From: a virus
Reading direction: 5' to 3' (one strand)
Length of the DNA: 64,000 bases
Virus record (IMG/VR): IMGVR_UViG_3300046169_000081
Span: 2,406-66,405 of that record
The notes below the pieces were generated by a model. It saw only the letters and a program-made list of their open reading frames with translations. It had not been told where the DNA came from and did no database searches. Position numbers and translations under genes: made by a program. This document shows, in pieces, positions 36,420-50,721 of the stretch (positions are counted from its first letter, which is position 1; the number at the start of each line of letters is the position of its first letter).

Positions 36420-39400
36420 TTATTTACCTAATATACATTTTTTAATATTTTCTACAAAAGATTCTTCACTCTCAAATGAGTTAGTTTCAAAAGCAGATAC
36501 CATATCTTCAAGGCTACTAATATTATTTTCTTTCAAAGAAGTTTTATTTTGAAGTATTTCTTCATTAACAAAACCTAGTGCAAAAATACTATTATAAAAT
36601 TCAGTAATTATAGGATATCTATCTTGTAATTCAGCTTCAAACAAATCCAATTGTTCTGCTTTTTGTTCTGATACTTCTGGTAAACTAGCCTGAGCTTCAA
36701 GTACATTTTCTGACTGTTCAACCCCACTAGTTTGTTGTGTTGGTTTTATTACTTTAGGAATATTACCTGAATTATCAATACCTAATTCTAATAATTTAGA
36801 ATCTAAATAAGACTGATGCTGAGAAGGTAATTTAGCAAATCTACCACCTTGACCTATTCTAAAGTTACCCAATTTAAGAGTTTTAAATTTAGGCAAATCT
36901 TGTTTAATTTGAGCTATCTCATCATCAATTGTATCTTTAAATAAATCAAAATTTTCATTAGTCCAATTAGTACCATAAGCACTCATTGTAGAAATAGGGT
37001 AGGCATTATTCTTACCTCTTATTACTGCACTAGTAGGGTTAGATTTACTACCATAGTGTAAAGGCTTATCAGTTTTATCTTTATACTTTTCCGCATACCA
37101 ACCTTCTATAATATTAGGAGAAGTGGCGTTAGGTCTAGAGGTTCTTTCAGCATTGTCTGTAAATAAATACATACTGCTTGAATCATTATCTAATGAGTTT
37201 CTAGAATACTTTTTACTAGTAACTTCTATTTTAACCTCACTAGGTTGTTGTGTTGGAGCTTCTTGTGATGTAACTGATAACAAATTTGATAATGTTGCAT
37301 CACTAATATTAATTGCACCTTGACCCTCATCTATAATACCAACAGAGTTTTCATCTGCAACTATATCAGCTCTATCATTACTTAATATTCTTGCTGATAC
37401 AGATGTGTTATTTTGCATTTGAATATTTTGTAATGCACTCTCTGAAGGTTCAAAGCTAGTATCTACACCTGCAAATTCATTTGTCCCATAACCAATCTCT
37501 TCTTTATTTTGGATATTATATTTGACTTGGTTATAAGTATCACGTTCACCAAACATAAAACCAATACCATTTTGGAAGTTAGAGCCCATAGTATCAATAA
37601 GATTATATCTATATGAAGAAGCCTTTTCAGAAGGTTCTATTTTAAATGTTAAGTAAGTTGTTTTTACAAAACCTGTAGCAACATTTTCAACCATATCCTT
37701 AACTCTTATATATTTAGGTTGATCTTCAAAGTCAAAATTTAATTCACCATCTGCCGCTTTAGATATAAATGCTTTTTTATCATTTGTTAAAGACCCTCTA
37801 AGACCTCTGACTTGTGTACCTAAATTAGATTGATAAACTTCTACTTGCTTTAATTTAGGCCCTGTAATATTTGATGTAAGATATCCATCTTCTAATTCAT
37901 TATATAATTCTTCTTTGTTTAATCCAAAGGTTTCTATAAAGCCTGCATCATTTTGCTCAGGTCTTAAAAATGTTTCCTTAACTGTATTAATGTGTGTAAG
38001 ATATTCATCAATAACAAAAGGTGAAATAGCATCCAACAATGTTCCTCTCTTAAGTTGTAAACCATCTTTAACCATAATATAGTTTACAATTGTCATAGCA
38101 TCTGCTCTTGTTGCTGGATTACCATAAAGCTTTGCAAAAGATGTTTGAAGGTCTATCTTTTGTAACTTATTTAGTTTTCTCCAACTATTAGATTGAAGTA
38201 TGTTTAAACCAGTAACATTATTTTTATTTTGTATTGGTAATACTTCTAAAAATTTAGTCAAGAAAAAGTTATTTGGATCTGCAGTTTTCAATCTATTTAC
38301 AGAAGTATAAATATTAAAATTACCTCCAGGGTAAATTAATGCATTACTTAAAGTACCAGCACTCTTTTCTTTTGTATTAGCTACATTATGCATGTATGCT
38401 TTTATAGTAAAGTAAGAAAGTAAATCTCTTTTAATACTTTGCTCAACCTCATTATTAAATGCTAAATTATCTGTATCAAAACTTACAGCTAACCTATCAT
38501 AGAACTCATTCATTACATCAGTTCCAGTAATAAATGTAGTAGGTATTAATTGATCTGCAAGTTCATTAAATACCCTCAAAGATGAGTTTACCCAACTATC
38601 TTGAATTATTGGTGTAATATCTAATAAAGGCGATACCTCTAACTTTGAAGGTCTTAATCCAAGTTTTTCAAACTTATCAATTCTATCTTCTACATCAGAT
38701 AGATTCTTGCCAATACCATTACCAGATATACCAGTAAGTGCTTCTAGATTTCCGGTAAATTGAGATATAGAAGCAACTTTATATAGTATGCTTAAAATAT
38801 CTCTTTCGGTTTCAGGTAACAAAGTTTCCCCTTCTACACTAGCAGCTAATTGATCTTGATTTACATCTGAATCTGAAAGACCTTTTTTCTTTAATTCTTT
38901 ATTAAGTAATGTGATTCTTTCTTTTATAAGGCTTGTAAATCCTTTGTCAAACTTTTGTTTTTTATTAGCAGCTTGATCAAATAAGTCTCTTGCTATTTTA
39001 GTGTTTAATAATAGTACTGCATCTTCAAGGGGTACACCCAAAGCAACCATATTTGTAGCAATGCTTACCGCTTGTTTATGCATACCAAGTTTGGCTACAT
39101 AATTTTCCTTTGAGTTATCAGTTAACATTGTAACTATAGATGATATTACATCTTGTTTTCTTTCACCATCTCTAACTTCTAGTACATCAAATCCTTTATA
39201 GAATTTATCATTTAAACGGAATTGAACTCTTGGATCTAACTGTATCCCATACTCAGTTAACAAACTTAAATATAAGTTTGGAGACACAGCTCTACCAATA
39301 GCAGCACCTTTATTATTTTCAAATGATAATGTTTTACCGTAAATATCATCTACATCTACATTTTCTGCACTTCTACTTTCAACATAATTAGGAGCTAGTA

Positions 39401-42400
39401 ATTTTAAATTTTTATATGATGCTTCTACAGCTGCTAATGCAGCAGGTGTGGTAGAAATTTTTCTTATCCCTTCATTACCAAGTAATGCTATTCTGTAATC
39501 TAGTATTTGATTATCAATAGCGCCGCTATAAGGCTCACCATATTGTTCTTTATATTTAGTATATTCTAATTGAGTTTTGGGTAAACCTAATCTTTGTATT
39601 GCCTTTATACTTCTATCAGACCAACCTAAATCATTTAAGTTAAGTGTCTCAGCAGAATCTTCTAATTTTGATCCTTGTCTTTCAAAAGACTTTACTGCTT
39701 GTGCATAAACAGTGTCTTCGTTTACTTTCTTATTTATAAAAGCAATATAGTCTTGAAACTCTCTACCTTTTGTTTCACCATAAGCATCAAAAGTTTTTGT
39801 TTCTGAATTATAATAGTAATCCTTCATTTGAGTATAAAGCTTATCAATATCAAAATCAGCTCCTGATACTTCAACTAATTCAGCAGCAAACATTGCTGAT
39901 GAACCATAATATGTAGGTAAGAAATCAACAACTTTAATATTCATGGCAGAATGTTTATCCTGTGAAGGAATTCTAACACCAAACATTTTTGCAATTACGT
40001 CTGGTATTTTACCACTCTTTTCACTTATTTGCTCATATACCTCTTTAGAAAGTGCAGGCATCAAAGCTTCACTATAAACTAGACCCGTTTCATTACCTTT
40101 ATTATCATACTCTTTTAGGTTATATCTTAGTCTATCATATATGACTATACCTTCTTTAGGTATTTCTAATCCTTTTAATCCTTCAATAGTTAGATCACTA
40201 TCAACAGTTATACCTTTAGAGTCTATCTCTCTTATTACTTCCTGATCTACCTAATTTACCATCAGCCTCTAAACTATAAACTCTTCTTAATACTCTAGCG
40301 CCTAAATCAGAAACTAATGCAAAACTATCTCCAGGTATTTTTTCTTGGAATACTCCTTTATTAAAGTAACTTAAGAAACAACTGCTCTGCCTTAGCAATT
40401 GCAATAGGGTTGTTTATATCAAAGTTAGGTTCATTTGTCTCAGGATTAATTGAGAACATTTCTATCAGGTTACTGCTAGATTGACTTGCTTTTAAGGAGT
40501 TTTGTGCATACTCAAAAAAAGTAGCTAGGTTAGCTGTAATTTTATTACTTTGTCTACTAAGATCTAATTCAGATAGTAAACCTTCAAACGTATATATTAA
40601 GTTTCTCTTATCTTTAAATTTGAGATAAAGTCTTTTTCTAATTGCATTATTATATGCTCTTTTTACATCAGCAATATTTTTAATCTCAGGCATACCCTCT
40701 ATAGATATAGGAGTATCATCAACTTGCTCAGATGTAATTAAAGTTTTAATTTGGCTAAGTTCTGTAATTTGTTTTTTGTTAGATGGATTTACAACCTGCA
40801 AACCAAAATCTCTTGCGCTTATAATAGATGAAGGAGAATCAATGTTATCTTTAAGATTAACTAAATTTTGTTTTAACATCTTAAATGCAGATTCTGGAGC
40901 AGCAATACTTGGAAAATTATTTTCAGCTTCTAAAGCTTCCATATTATTTAACAAGAAATGTAATTCTTCTTTTCCTGGTTTTGCTTCCCATATAATGTTA
41001 TCATTCTCATCTCTTCTTCCTGTATCATTAGAAGTAAGTTGTCTAGATAACATAAACCCTGACATTTTGATAAATGACTCACCATCAAAGTGAACAAACT
41101 TTTTTGAGTTGAATACCCCATTTTGGTTAATTAAACCTTGTGGTCCAAATACATCATCAGAAGTTAATTTTTCTCCACGCTCTATTTTATTTAATAGATC
41201 GGCTTGTGTCTGAGAAAGTTTACCTAAACCAAACCAGAACTGTCTAAATGCTTTAGGAGTCAAATACATTTGAGCATCAGCACGGTCTATGCTATTATTA
41301 GAAAAGTCTGAAGTAACAGTTGGCTCATTAAACTGAATAACATTAATTTCAGTTGTTGGAGATGTCACTCCTTTTTTCTCATCAGTAAGTGGTGTGTATA
41401 CATTATCAAAAGCAGCATTCATACCTTTTGCTCTTTTGATTTTATCTATACTATTTTTGAGTATTTTAGCTTGATCTCCTAATAATAATTCATTTAGTGA
41501 TTTAGTATTTATATAATCATTAAAGAATACTTGTCTTAAGTTATATCTCTGATCAGCTCTTAAATTAAGTGCTTCAGCAGCCTTAATAGATAAAGCTCTT
41601 GCCTCACCCTTTTTATCTAGCACAATACCTTTTTTAAGATCATTATTTATTAGCTCATCTATTTCATATTGTTCTATAAGAGCTTCAAATCTATTATACT
41701 TTGCTTCTAAACTTGTTCTTATTACTTTGTCTAAAAACTGAGACTTTGAAAAACCTGCAAGTTTTACCGCTTGATCAAATAAAATGTCTTGATCTTGATT
41801 CATTGCGGACATTTCAAGTTGTGATTTAACTTGTACATTATCTCCTAAGAAAAACGCTTCACTATTAAATAAAGTATTTGCTCTTTGGACTTCTCCAATA
41901 TTATATCCAACTATATCATCTTGAGTTTTTGTCTCACTATTATTTTCTCTTTTGATACGGTTGTACTCATTTTCTATAGAGTCATATACAACATTTAACA
42001 CTTCTGTAGTAATAGCGGCTTCCTTGCCAGATACAGCTTTTATAACCGGCAGTGATGCTAAATCACCAGTGTTAGATGCTTCTAATACTCTAATAAGTAA
42101 AGGTGCTGTAGCTACAATCTCTGTTCCACCTGACTCAGTTTCAATTCTAACCTCACTCTTTAATTTATTGTTTTTCGGATTAAAGTCTAACGTATAATTG
42201 TTAATAAGGTTTGTTATAAATTGCTTCGGTGTATAGCTACCATACTCAGTTGTATTTAAGATACCCTCTATAAACGCGTCATAATCAGACTCTCTATCTA
42301 GCGTTTCAACTAATTTAGTACCTGAAATTCTTTTAATAGATAAAAGGTTACTATTAGCCATGCTCTCAAAAGCAGGATTGTTCAATAGATAATTAGAACT

Positions 42401-45400
42401 TAAAAATACTGAGTTAAGCAATTTTTGTCTTTCACTTATTTTATTAAGTGCTGTAACTCTTTTAAGATTAAATGTAGGTTTCTGATGTGCATTAACCATG
42501 TCACCATTTACATTGGTAAATACTGATAATCCAATTGACTCATCAAACACAGCATTATTGATTGCCATTTTTCTAATCTTAGATGTAGCACCATATTCAG
42601 AATATAGATCTACATCTTTTACTATCAAGTCATTTATAAAATAAAGATCTTCTGCAGTAACTGGATCTGATGTTTCATTGAAGTCTAATAACAATTGTTG
42701 GTTAGATGATCCTGCTCCTCTAGATCTAATAATACTATACTTTATGTATAAAGGACTAAGTTTTATACCTGTACTATCAAAAAGATTTTGAGCTATACTC
42801 ACAGACAAATTTTGCAAAGCAGCATCTTCAATAGTTTCTGTTGCTAACAATTGAGCTCTAAAAGCTTTTATGGAATCTGTAGCTTCTTTCTTTTTTCTTT
42901 TATCAAGTAACCACTGTTGACTTAATGTTAGATATGCTTGACCCCAAAGATCTATTTGTGTGTGTATATCATCTCTTTCTGCAGCAGAATATGTTATTAC
43001 ATTTCCTGATTCATCCATCTGTTGGAATAACCACTCTACTCTAAAGTTTGTAAATGCTTTTGTTATCTGATTAAATAATAAAGGATCTTTGATATTTTCG
43101 GGTAAAGTCATTTGACTAACATCAACACCATAAGGTATACCTATGTCCTCAAACATTTTTTTAACAACACCTTTAGTATTAGGATTGTCTTGAGAAAATA
43201 AATACATAGCCTGTAGAATCTCTAAAGGATCTTCTTTTGATTTTACAGATTTTAATATTCCATTATAGACACTATATACATCTATAGGTACAATCAAAGG
43301 TTCTCCTTCTGTAAGTTCTACATTACCAAAAATATCAGTTTGCTCTTTAGTTATAGTTGCTAAGTAACTTCTAATATATGTAGGCAGTGAACTAAAACCA
43401 CCATTCATGTAAGCTTCTTTACCAAACTGTGTTACATTTCTAAGACCATCTTGATTTTCATAATCATCTTCTGATAACTCTTGCTGTTGTTTCTGAACAT
43501 CTATAATGTCAAGAACATCCATAACAGCCTTATAAATAGGTTGGTTTTTTACATCAGCAAATAAATCAAAGTTTATTGCTTGATATATCTGAACTAACTT
43601 ATCATATCTTAATTGATTAGTTGGTGTATCTGTTGCTAAAAGTTTTTCATTTGCAGGATTGTTAGGATCATACAAATCAGAAAAATCATTAAGCAAGTCT
43701 TCTATTATCTCTTCGTTTGTTTTTTGTTTACCCTCATCATTGAGATAAAACCTTGGATCTTTTCTTCTATTAATATAGTTGGCAGCAATAGTTAAAGCCA
43801 AATTGTTAGCAATATTAGAATCTAAGTATAATCTTCCTTTAGATCCATTTACTTGTACAGCTTCATATGGCAGCAATGCATTTGCAATTGTAATAGCCGG
43901 CCCTGCCTGCATAGTAAAGTCATTTGCTACAACAGTAGCATTTGCATATTTACCAGCATCAATATTTTCAAACAAAGTTTGTAACTCTGTTTTAGAGTAT
44001 GATTCAAACACAGCTTTAATCCATTCAATTATTCTATTAAAGAATGATTTTATTGAGCTGTCTGTTTTAGTATCTTTAGGATTAGCTTTAAATAACTCAA
44101 ACTGATCCGCCATATACTCTTCATAATACTCTCTCTCAAGTTGTTCTTGAGTCATATTTGTATAAGTATCCGCAGAGTTTCTAAATTTAATTAACTCTTT
44201 TTGAAGACTCTTACCTTCTTTTCTTAATTGTGCTCTCTTTTCTTTCTTAGCAATCGCAAGCAAACGTTTTTGCTGTTCAGGTGAAAGTAGCATTCTGTAT
44301 ACACCGTGGAAAGCTTCATGATATCTAAAAGGATTTGTTGCACCTGTATATATCGTACCACCCGCAGTTAAACCACCAGCTAAACCATTTAAGTCTAAAA
44401 CAAATGCACCAACTCTTTTACCACCTGCTTTAAGATTATTACCAAGTTGTTTTATATCAGCTACAGTAATAAACTCAGGTAAGTTATCCTGTGCCCACAG
44501 TAAAAAGTCATCAAGACTTTCTAAATCAGATACTGAATATCCTGCAGGTAAAACTTTATTCCCTGGTTTTAAAAGTCTCTCTCTTTCTTGTAATAAACTT
44601 TGATACTCTTTACTTTCTTTAAGAGCTTTTCTTTTATTGTTCCAACCTACCTCTGAAGTTATTTTTTCTTCAAGTTCTTTAATCTTGCCATTTAGTACAT
44701 CAATAGGTGTTGCAGCTAGTGCAGTCAAATCAATTGACTTGTTTTTGCTCTTCAGCCATACTTGACCCTTTAGGTATTCTTCTATCTGTGGTGCAATGGA
44801 TCCTTCTTGTCTAATTGCTTGCTCTCTTTCTGTAAGAGGTACACCAGCCATAATTTTCTGTGCAATAGAATCAATCAATTGCTTCTGTACTGTTGTTGGA
44901 TCATTTACAAATCCTTCCCAAACAACATCAGATACTTCACCTGCACGTGCTTTATCAGCTTCAGCAGCAACCTCATCTCTTGCATCAACTTGATCCTCTG
45001 CTAGTTTACTTAGTATATCAGCTTCTTGATTATCTATCTTAGATTTCTGACCTTGGCTTATAGATTTTTTTGGTTCTACATTATCTGGTCTATTAATATT
45101 TGCAGCTTTATCTATAGCAGCTTGAACCATTCCAGATTCAGCATTCACAAACAAATAACCACCTCTTCTAATTTGAGGTGATAGTTTTGTAGATAAACTT
45201 TCTAACATCTCATTAATAGATGCATTTAATGGCACACTGGTAGTAAAATTGTTTATTGTAACATTTACATCTTTAGCCACACTTTGTTCTGTAAGTTTAG
45301 CTAATAATTGCTCTAGTTTAGAAATATTAGAACCTTCTTTATTTAAATCTGCTTCATATAAATATTGATATGCACCAACACGTCCTACACCATTCTGATA

Positions 45401-48400
45401 AATTTCTCCTCTAATTTTACCCCATGGATCTACTGTAATATTCAAATTAAATCCCTTGGGCATATTAACCCTAAACTTTTTATTTGTATCATTATTAAAT
45501 ACAGTATTGTAATCAGCATTTATATAATCACCAACTTTTTTACCAGGATGTTTACTAATGTTTTCAGAAGTAACTAAATTCTCCTGTCTAGTTTTTTCTG
45601 CTTGAGTTTTCATATCAAGCATTACACTTTCTAATACATCTTTAGATAATCCTGTAGTTTTTGCTGTAGCTAGAGTATAAGTACCATTAGGTTGTCTAAC
45701 TACGTATTGATATCTTTCTGTGTAGTTAAAGGTATCAGGCCCCATCATCTTATCAAATAAACTAATGCTTTGACCACCAATAGGTAACTTTAATCCTTCT
45801 TCAACTTCTGCTACTAATGCTGCTTTTTGATCTGGGTCTGTTATGTTAGAATATGTTTCATAGTCCATCATTGATCCATCCGCTGCTCTTGTAATATCAA
45901 ATATTAATACATCACCTCCATCATTAGCTGCATAAGGAAGTTCAGATAGTGGTATTAAAGGATTATTACCACTATAATCCGGATATCCTGCAAAGTTTCT
46001 AATTTGAATGCCTGCAGGTAGTTGACCAATTTTAATAACGTTTTGATCTTTTTTAATTAAAGCTTCAACCTCATTTAACAATAAATCTTGTTTTGCAAAA
46101 TTAATTTTTGCTTCTTCTAAAGTTTGCTCAATTGTTTTTCCTTTTTGTGGAACAAATACATTACTTGCAAAATCAACAGACATTTGTGCAGGAAGAACTT
46201 GATTACCTTTATCATCTCTAAATATAATTGACTCAGCAGGTATATAACCTATTTCTCCATTTTCTGGTATAGTTGGTAGTTTTGCATCTGTAAGTTTTTG
46301 ATTTAAATTATTTCTTAAAACAGGATCAGCAATAGCAACTTGTAATGTCACCCTTTGATTCTTTCTTCTTATATATGGGTTACTAATACCATTAATTATA
46401 AAAGGATCCTCATATAATTTATCATTTGGTAAAATATTAATTATAACACCATTTAATAATTGATCTTCTGTTAAAGATGCACCAATAAGTGCAAGTTGTT
46501 TTTCACCAATTTCTCTATCTAATTCTTTTGGTGAATAGATTACTACAGGATCATCTACTGTTACTTTAGGGGCATCAGCAGATAATACTGTAAAACTAAT
46601 TTTTTCTATCTCAAACCTTTTAGAAAAGTCTAATTCACTTTCATAAATAGCAGCATCTTTTCTATCATTATAATTATTAGTCCATCTATCTGCAGGTACT
46701 AAAGATACTGTACCTCTAGATGCATGTTTAGGATTACTGTTAATTATAAACTCAGTACCAACGGGATAATCATCTATAGCCACTTTACTAAATACTGATA
46801 TACCTTTACTTAAAGACATACCATCAAATCTAAATGTTGTACCATCTGAATACTCTCTTTCAAGAGTATCAAATGCAACCTTAGCTTCTTCCATAGAACT
46901 AAAAGTAGCACCCAAAGGTCTATTGATTATTTCTAACATTTCATTAGAAAGAGAATTACCGTTTACATCAACAATTTCTACAAACTCTCCTTGAGCAGAT
47001 GATCTTCTTACACCTCTAAATGCTACACCATCCATACCACTAATAGGTTGAACGGCAGCTTGACCCGTATTAGATCTAGAAAAAATACTCATGTTTAATC
47101 CATAGTCATTTACTATAGATTGTACTAAAGGATTTTCAATTGCTTCTCTACTATCTAAAAACTTCTGAAAACCAATTTCACTTTCTATTTCTTGTTGTGT
47201 AGGTTTAACCTTAACCGCTGTTTCTTGACCATTTTGAACCACAATAGTATCATATCCTGTAGCCCAAATTCTTTTTAATGCGGATAAAGCAGCAACAATA
47301 TTAGTTGCATTTGTTGTCTTTCTCCATTGTTCTGGAGTTAATATAGCATCTTTTGTGTTAGCTCTATATTTACGGTATTCTTTTTCTAAAATAGACTTTA
47401 AAGTTTTTGAAGTATTTATATCTCCAATATTTATTTGAATACCTGCATCTTCTAATTTATCTTCAACATCTAAAATAGTTTCTGCTTGAACAGATTGTGA
47501 AGATTCTACTTCTGCTTGTGCTTTATCTTGTTGATCTAGTTGAACAAATGCGGCAAGCAAACCACCCACCTCTTTGATTAATTTAGCATCTTGTTCTAAT
47601 CTTGGATTAAGTAATTTACCATCAATAAAAAATGCACCTTTATTACCCTGTAGTAGTAAAGCAAGTAAATCTTTTTCTGTTATTTCACCAGCAAAATATT
47701 TCCTAACTAAGGTTGGCTCTATAGCAACCTCCTTTTCATATAACAAATTAATTAGCTCATTCTTTTTTTGTGTATCTAAATATCTAGCAGCTGCATCTCT
47801 TACTACCGCATCTTTATTTTTATACAACCATTCATAGTATTGCTTTGATCTATCAGCAATTTCTTGTTGCTTAGTGGGGTTAGTCATAAAATCAATAGAC
47901 CTAGAAAATGATGCTGCATCAGATCTAAGTGCGCTATGATCTACAATTTTTGCAACTGCATCATCAACTAAATCTTGATTAACAAAGTCAGAATTATTTT
48001 CCGCAAGAACTTGTATATAGTTTTTAAATGCAGATCTAACTTTATTTACTGTACCTTGTCTTCTGCTTATGTTTCCTTTTTTAGTTATATTTTTTGGGTC
48101 ATTAATAACATCAGCATACTTCTGTAAAGCTTTCCTTTTATTTTTCTTTTTGTTGATTACTGTTTTAGATTCTCCTGCTTCCTCTGCAGCTTTAATCTCA
48201 GCATCTAGCAAAGTTAACTCTTGGTCTATACTTTCTTTGTTATATAGTATTCTTATATCAGAACTTGCTTGATTAGCAAACAAAGGTTCTGTTTCTAATG
48301 ATGTCTCTATAGCTGCTTGCCTTTCTACAGCATTTTTATAAGCTTCATTAGTAAACATATAAAGCATCTTATTATGTTTATATGCCTGTTCTTCTCTTTG

Positions 48401-50710
48401 TAAATTTAAATACTCTGGACTACCAGCAGTTAAATTCTCGTAGTTAAAAGTTTTATCAAATACTTTAGGTAATTTATTAGCAAAAGTCTCACCATATTCA
48501 TCTATCAGATTAATTTGTTTCTGAATACGTTTTCTTACCTTCTCAGGTTTTCCAAACTCTTTTGGATTAAAAGCTTCTGCAAGATCTTTATCTGACATTT
48601 TACTAAACTCAAGATAACTTTCTCTTGCAAATTTTATAGAGCCTCTTTCATATGCTGAATACAAATTAAAAAATTGTGCAGCAAACTGTGCATTATCAAA
48701 ATCATATTTATCATTATCTGCAAACGCAATGCTTTGCTCAGAAAAATTTTGTTTTTGTAATATAGCTTGAAATTGAGCTGGTGAAAGCACAGATTCTAAA
48801 TCTTGTTTCATCATTTCACCACGCTCATTAATTTGTTTTACAATATCATCTAATACTTGTTCTCTTCTTTGACTATATTCTTTAGCATAGTTTGATTGTG
48901 TACCATCACCAAATTTTGTGTTTGCTTTTGCATATGCACTTCTACCAATAGCAGGTAAACCCTGAAACAAAACTTGCTGATAAGGACCAGCTAAACCACC
49001 CATTAAAAATCCTGAAAGAAAAACACTCATGCCTTCTTTTGATGCAAGATTAGAAGTTGATTGACCAACATAACCGGCAAGAGTTGACGGGCCACCGCTT
49101 AAAGGATCTCTCAATAATGAGCTGTAATATCCAACTGTTGCAGCAGAAATTGCTTCTTGAGATACTTCTTGTACACCTTCTGCTAAATTAGCAGCACCAT
49201 ATCTTAACATCTGAGTACCCATAACTTTAGCAGCTCCTTTGTAACCGGCTCTATTAAAGGCTAATTTAAGTTCTTGTGGTATTCTCTTTATTAAATATTT
49301 ACTTCCCTTTACTGCTGTAAATGCATCTTTACGTAGGATTCTATTGGAGTTAGTAACTTGCCTTCTCCAACCACCAAATGCATTTTTTAAAACAATTCTG
49401 TTAGAGGCATATATAACAGCAAAGTTTGCCATCTGAGCTTTAAAAGATGCCTCAGCAGCTTTAACCATTATATCCTTGGTCTGTTGTTCTGTTACACCCC
49501 CACCTTGATTTTTATAGTTTGCTTCATTAAAACCATTATTTAAAACTTGGTTATAAACCATACCTGCTTCCATTTTAGATTCAGATAATGATGCATTAAC
49601 CATTCTAAAATCTCTATAGAATGCACCAAATAAATTTGTTGTCTTAGCAAGATTTATTGTATTCTGTGCAGTGGTTTTTGCAGTCTTCCAATTTTTAAGT
49701 GCATATAAAGTTTCTGGTGCTATTGCTCTAAATACAGTATTCATACCTTTACCAAGCTGAGCAGCATTAAAAAGATCTCTTGCTCTTTCTACTTGAGATA
49801 TTTGTTTTACAAAGTCATATGAAGCTTTTGCACCTCTTGTAAAAGATGTACCTTTCATTGTAAAATCAAAAGCCCTTTTTATTCTAGGTATAAATCTTCC
49901 TTGTGCAGCAACAAATGCAGCAAGACTACCACCACCAGTTGGTACAGCTGTAAGAGCAGCTCCGGCTGCTAATATTGCTTCTTCAACGGCAATAGATGCC
50001 ACAATACCTGCTGTATAACCAAAGTTTAAACCAAGGTTGCCAAACCAACCACCAAAACTACCAGATGTACTACCACCAATTCTCATAGCATCTTCCATCT
50101 CTTGTGCAGACTCAAGATCTGGATCTTCCCAATAACTATCACCATCAAAAATATCTGCTAATGATCTATAACTTGATACAAAACCAGTCCCTCCAAGCTT
50201 TAAAAATTGTTCAAAACCTCTTTGAAATCCATCCCAACCAGTCATATTTTTATTGAATACAGCATCCATGTTAGCATAAGGAGCAAAACCTATGTCTGCA
50301 AAAGCATTACTCTCGTACTGTCTATCAAAGTTTATTTGTCTTACATTGCTCCAAATAGGATTTGGAAGTGTTCCTTCATCAGGTGTAAGAGGTTCTTTAA
50401 GACTTTGCTCTAATTGTTCTGCTATAGTTAATTTTTTTTGTGGCTGTGTGCTGGTAGATAAACCAGGAGACAACTTATCCATAAACATATTACCAATAGC
50501 ATTAGGTCCAACCTTATCCATTTCTGTTCTGTACATATCAATTTGCTGCATGTACTTATCATCAATAGGATTTTCTAAAGGAGGCAGGATATCATCTATA
50601 GATTGATAAGGAACAGATGTATCAATAGGATTCATATCAACTGAATCTTGTACAATTCTCTGTTTCAAATCAAAATCTGGACTTGGTAAATTGTTTGTTA
50701 ATTCTGACAT
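36420..50710 (-). CDS. giant virion-packaged RNA polymerase polyprotein (~4,762 aa when two +1 indels near 40371 and 40246 are removed)
   Basis: Catalytic GADFDIDKL (39843-39857) and VRIPSQ as in crAss-like/phi14:2 gp66 RNAP; DAQMY and KKF...IKMS in the upstream ORF; HEAFH zincin (44306-44320); ORFs 40361-50710, 40216-40404 and 36420-40064 join into one frame. Confidence 0.85.
36717..37256 (-). repeat. 27-bp imperfect direct repeats (24/27) flanking a 171-codon domain in the vRNAP gene
   Basis: ttcaaccccactagtttgttgtgttgg (36717-36743) vs tttaacctcactaggttgttgtgttgg (37230-37256); period 513 nt. Confidence 0.8.
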
Positions 50711-50721
50711 ACTATGCTGAT

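Noticed and set aside
40216-40404. 62-aa ORF as an independent gene, or programmed double frameshifting
   Set aside because: It is the bridging frame of the vRNAP. No clear slippery heptamer was seen, and two +1 shifts 125 nt apart inside an essential enzyme core are better explained by sequence error.
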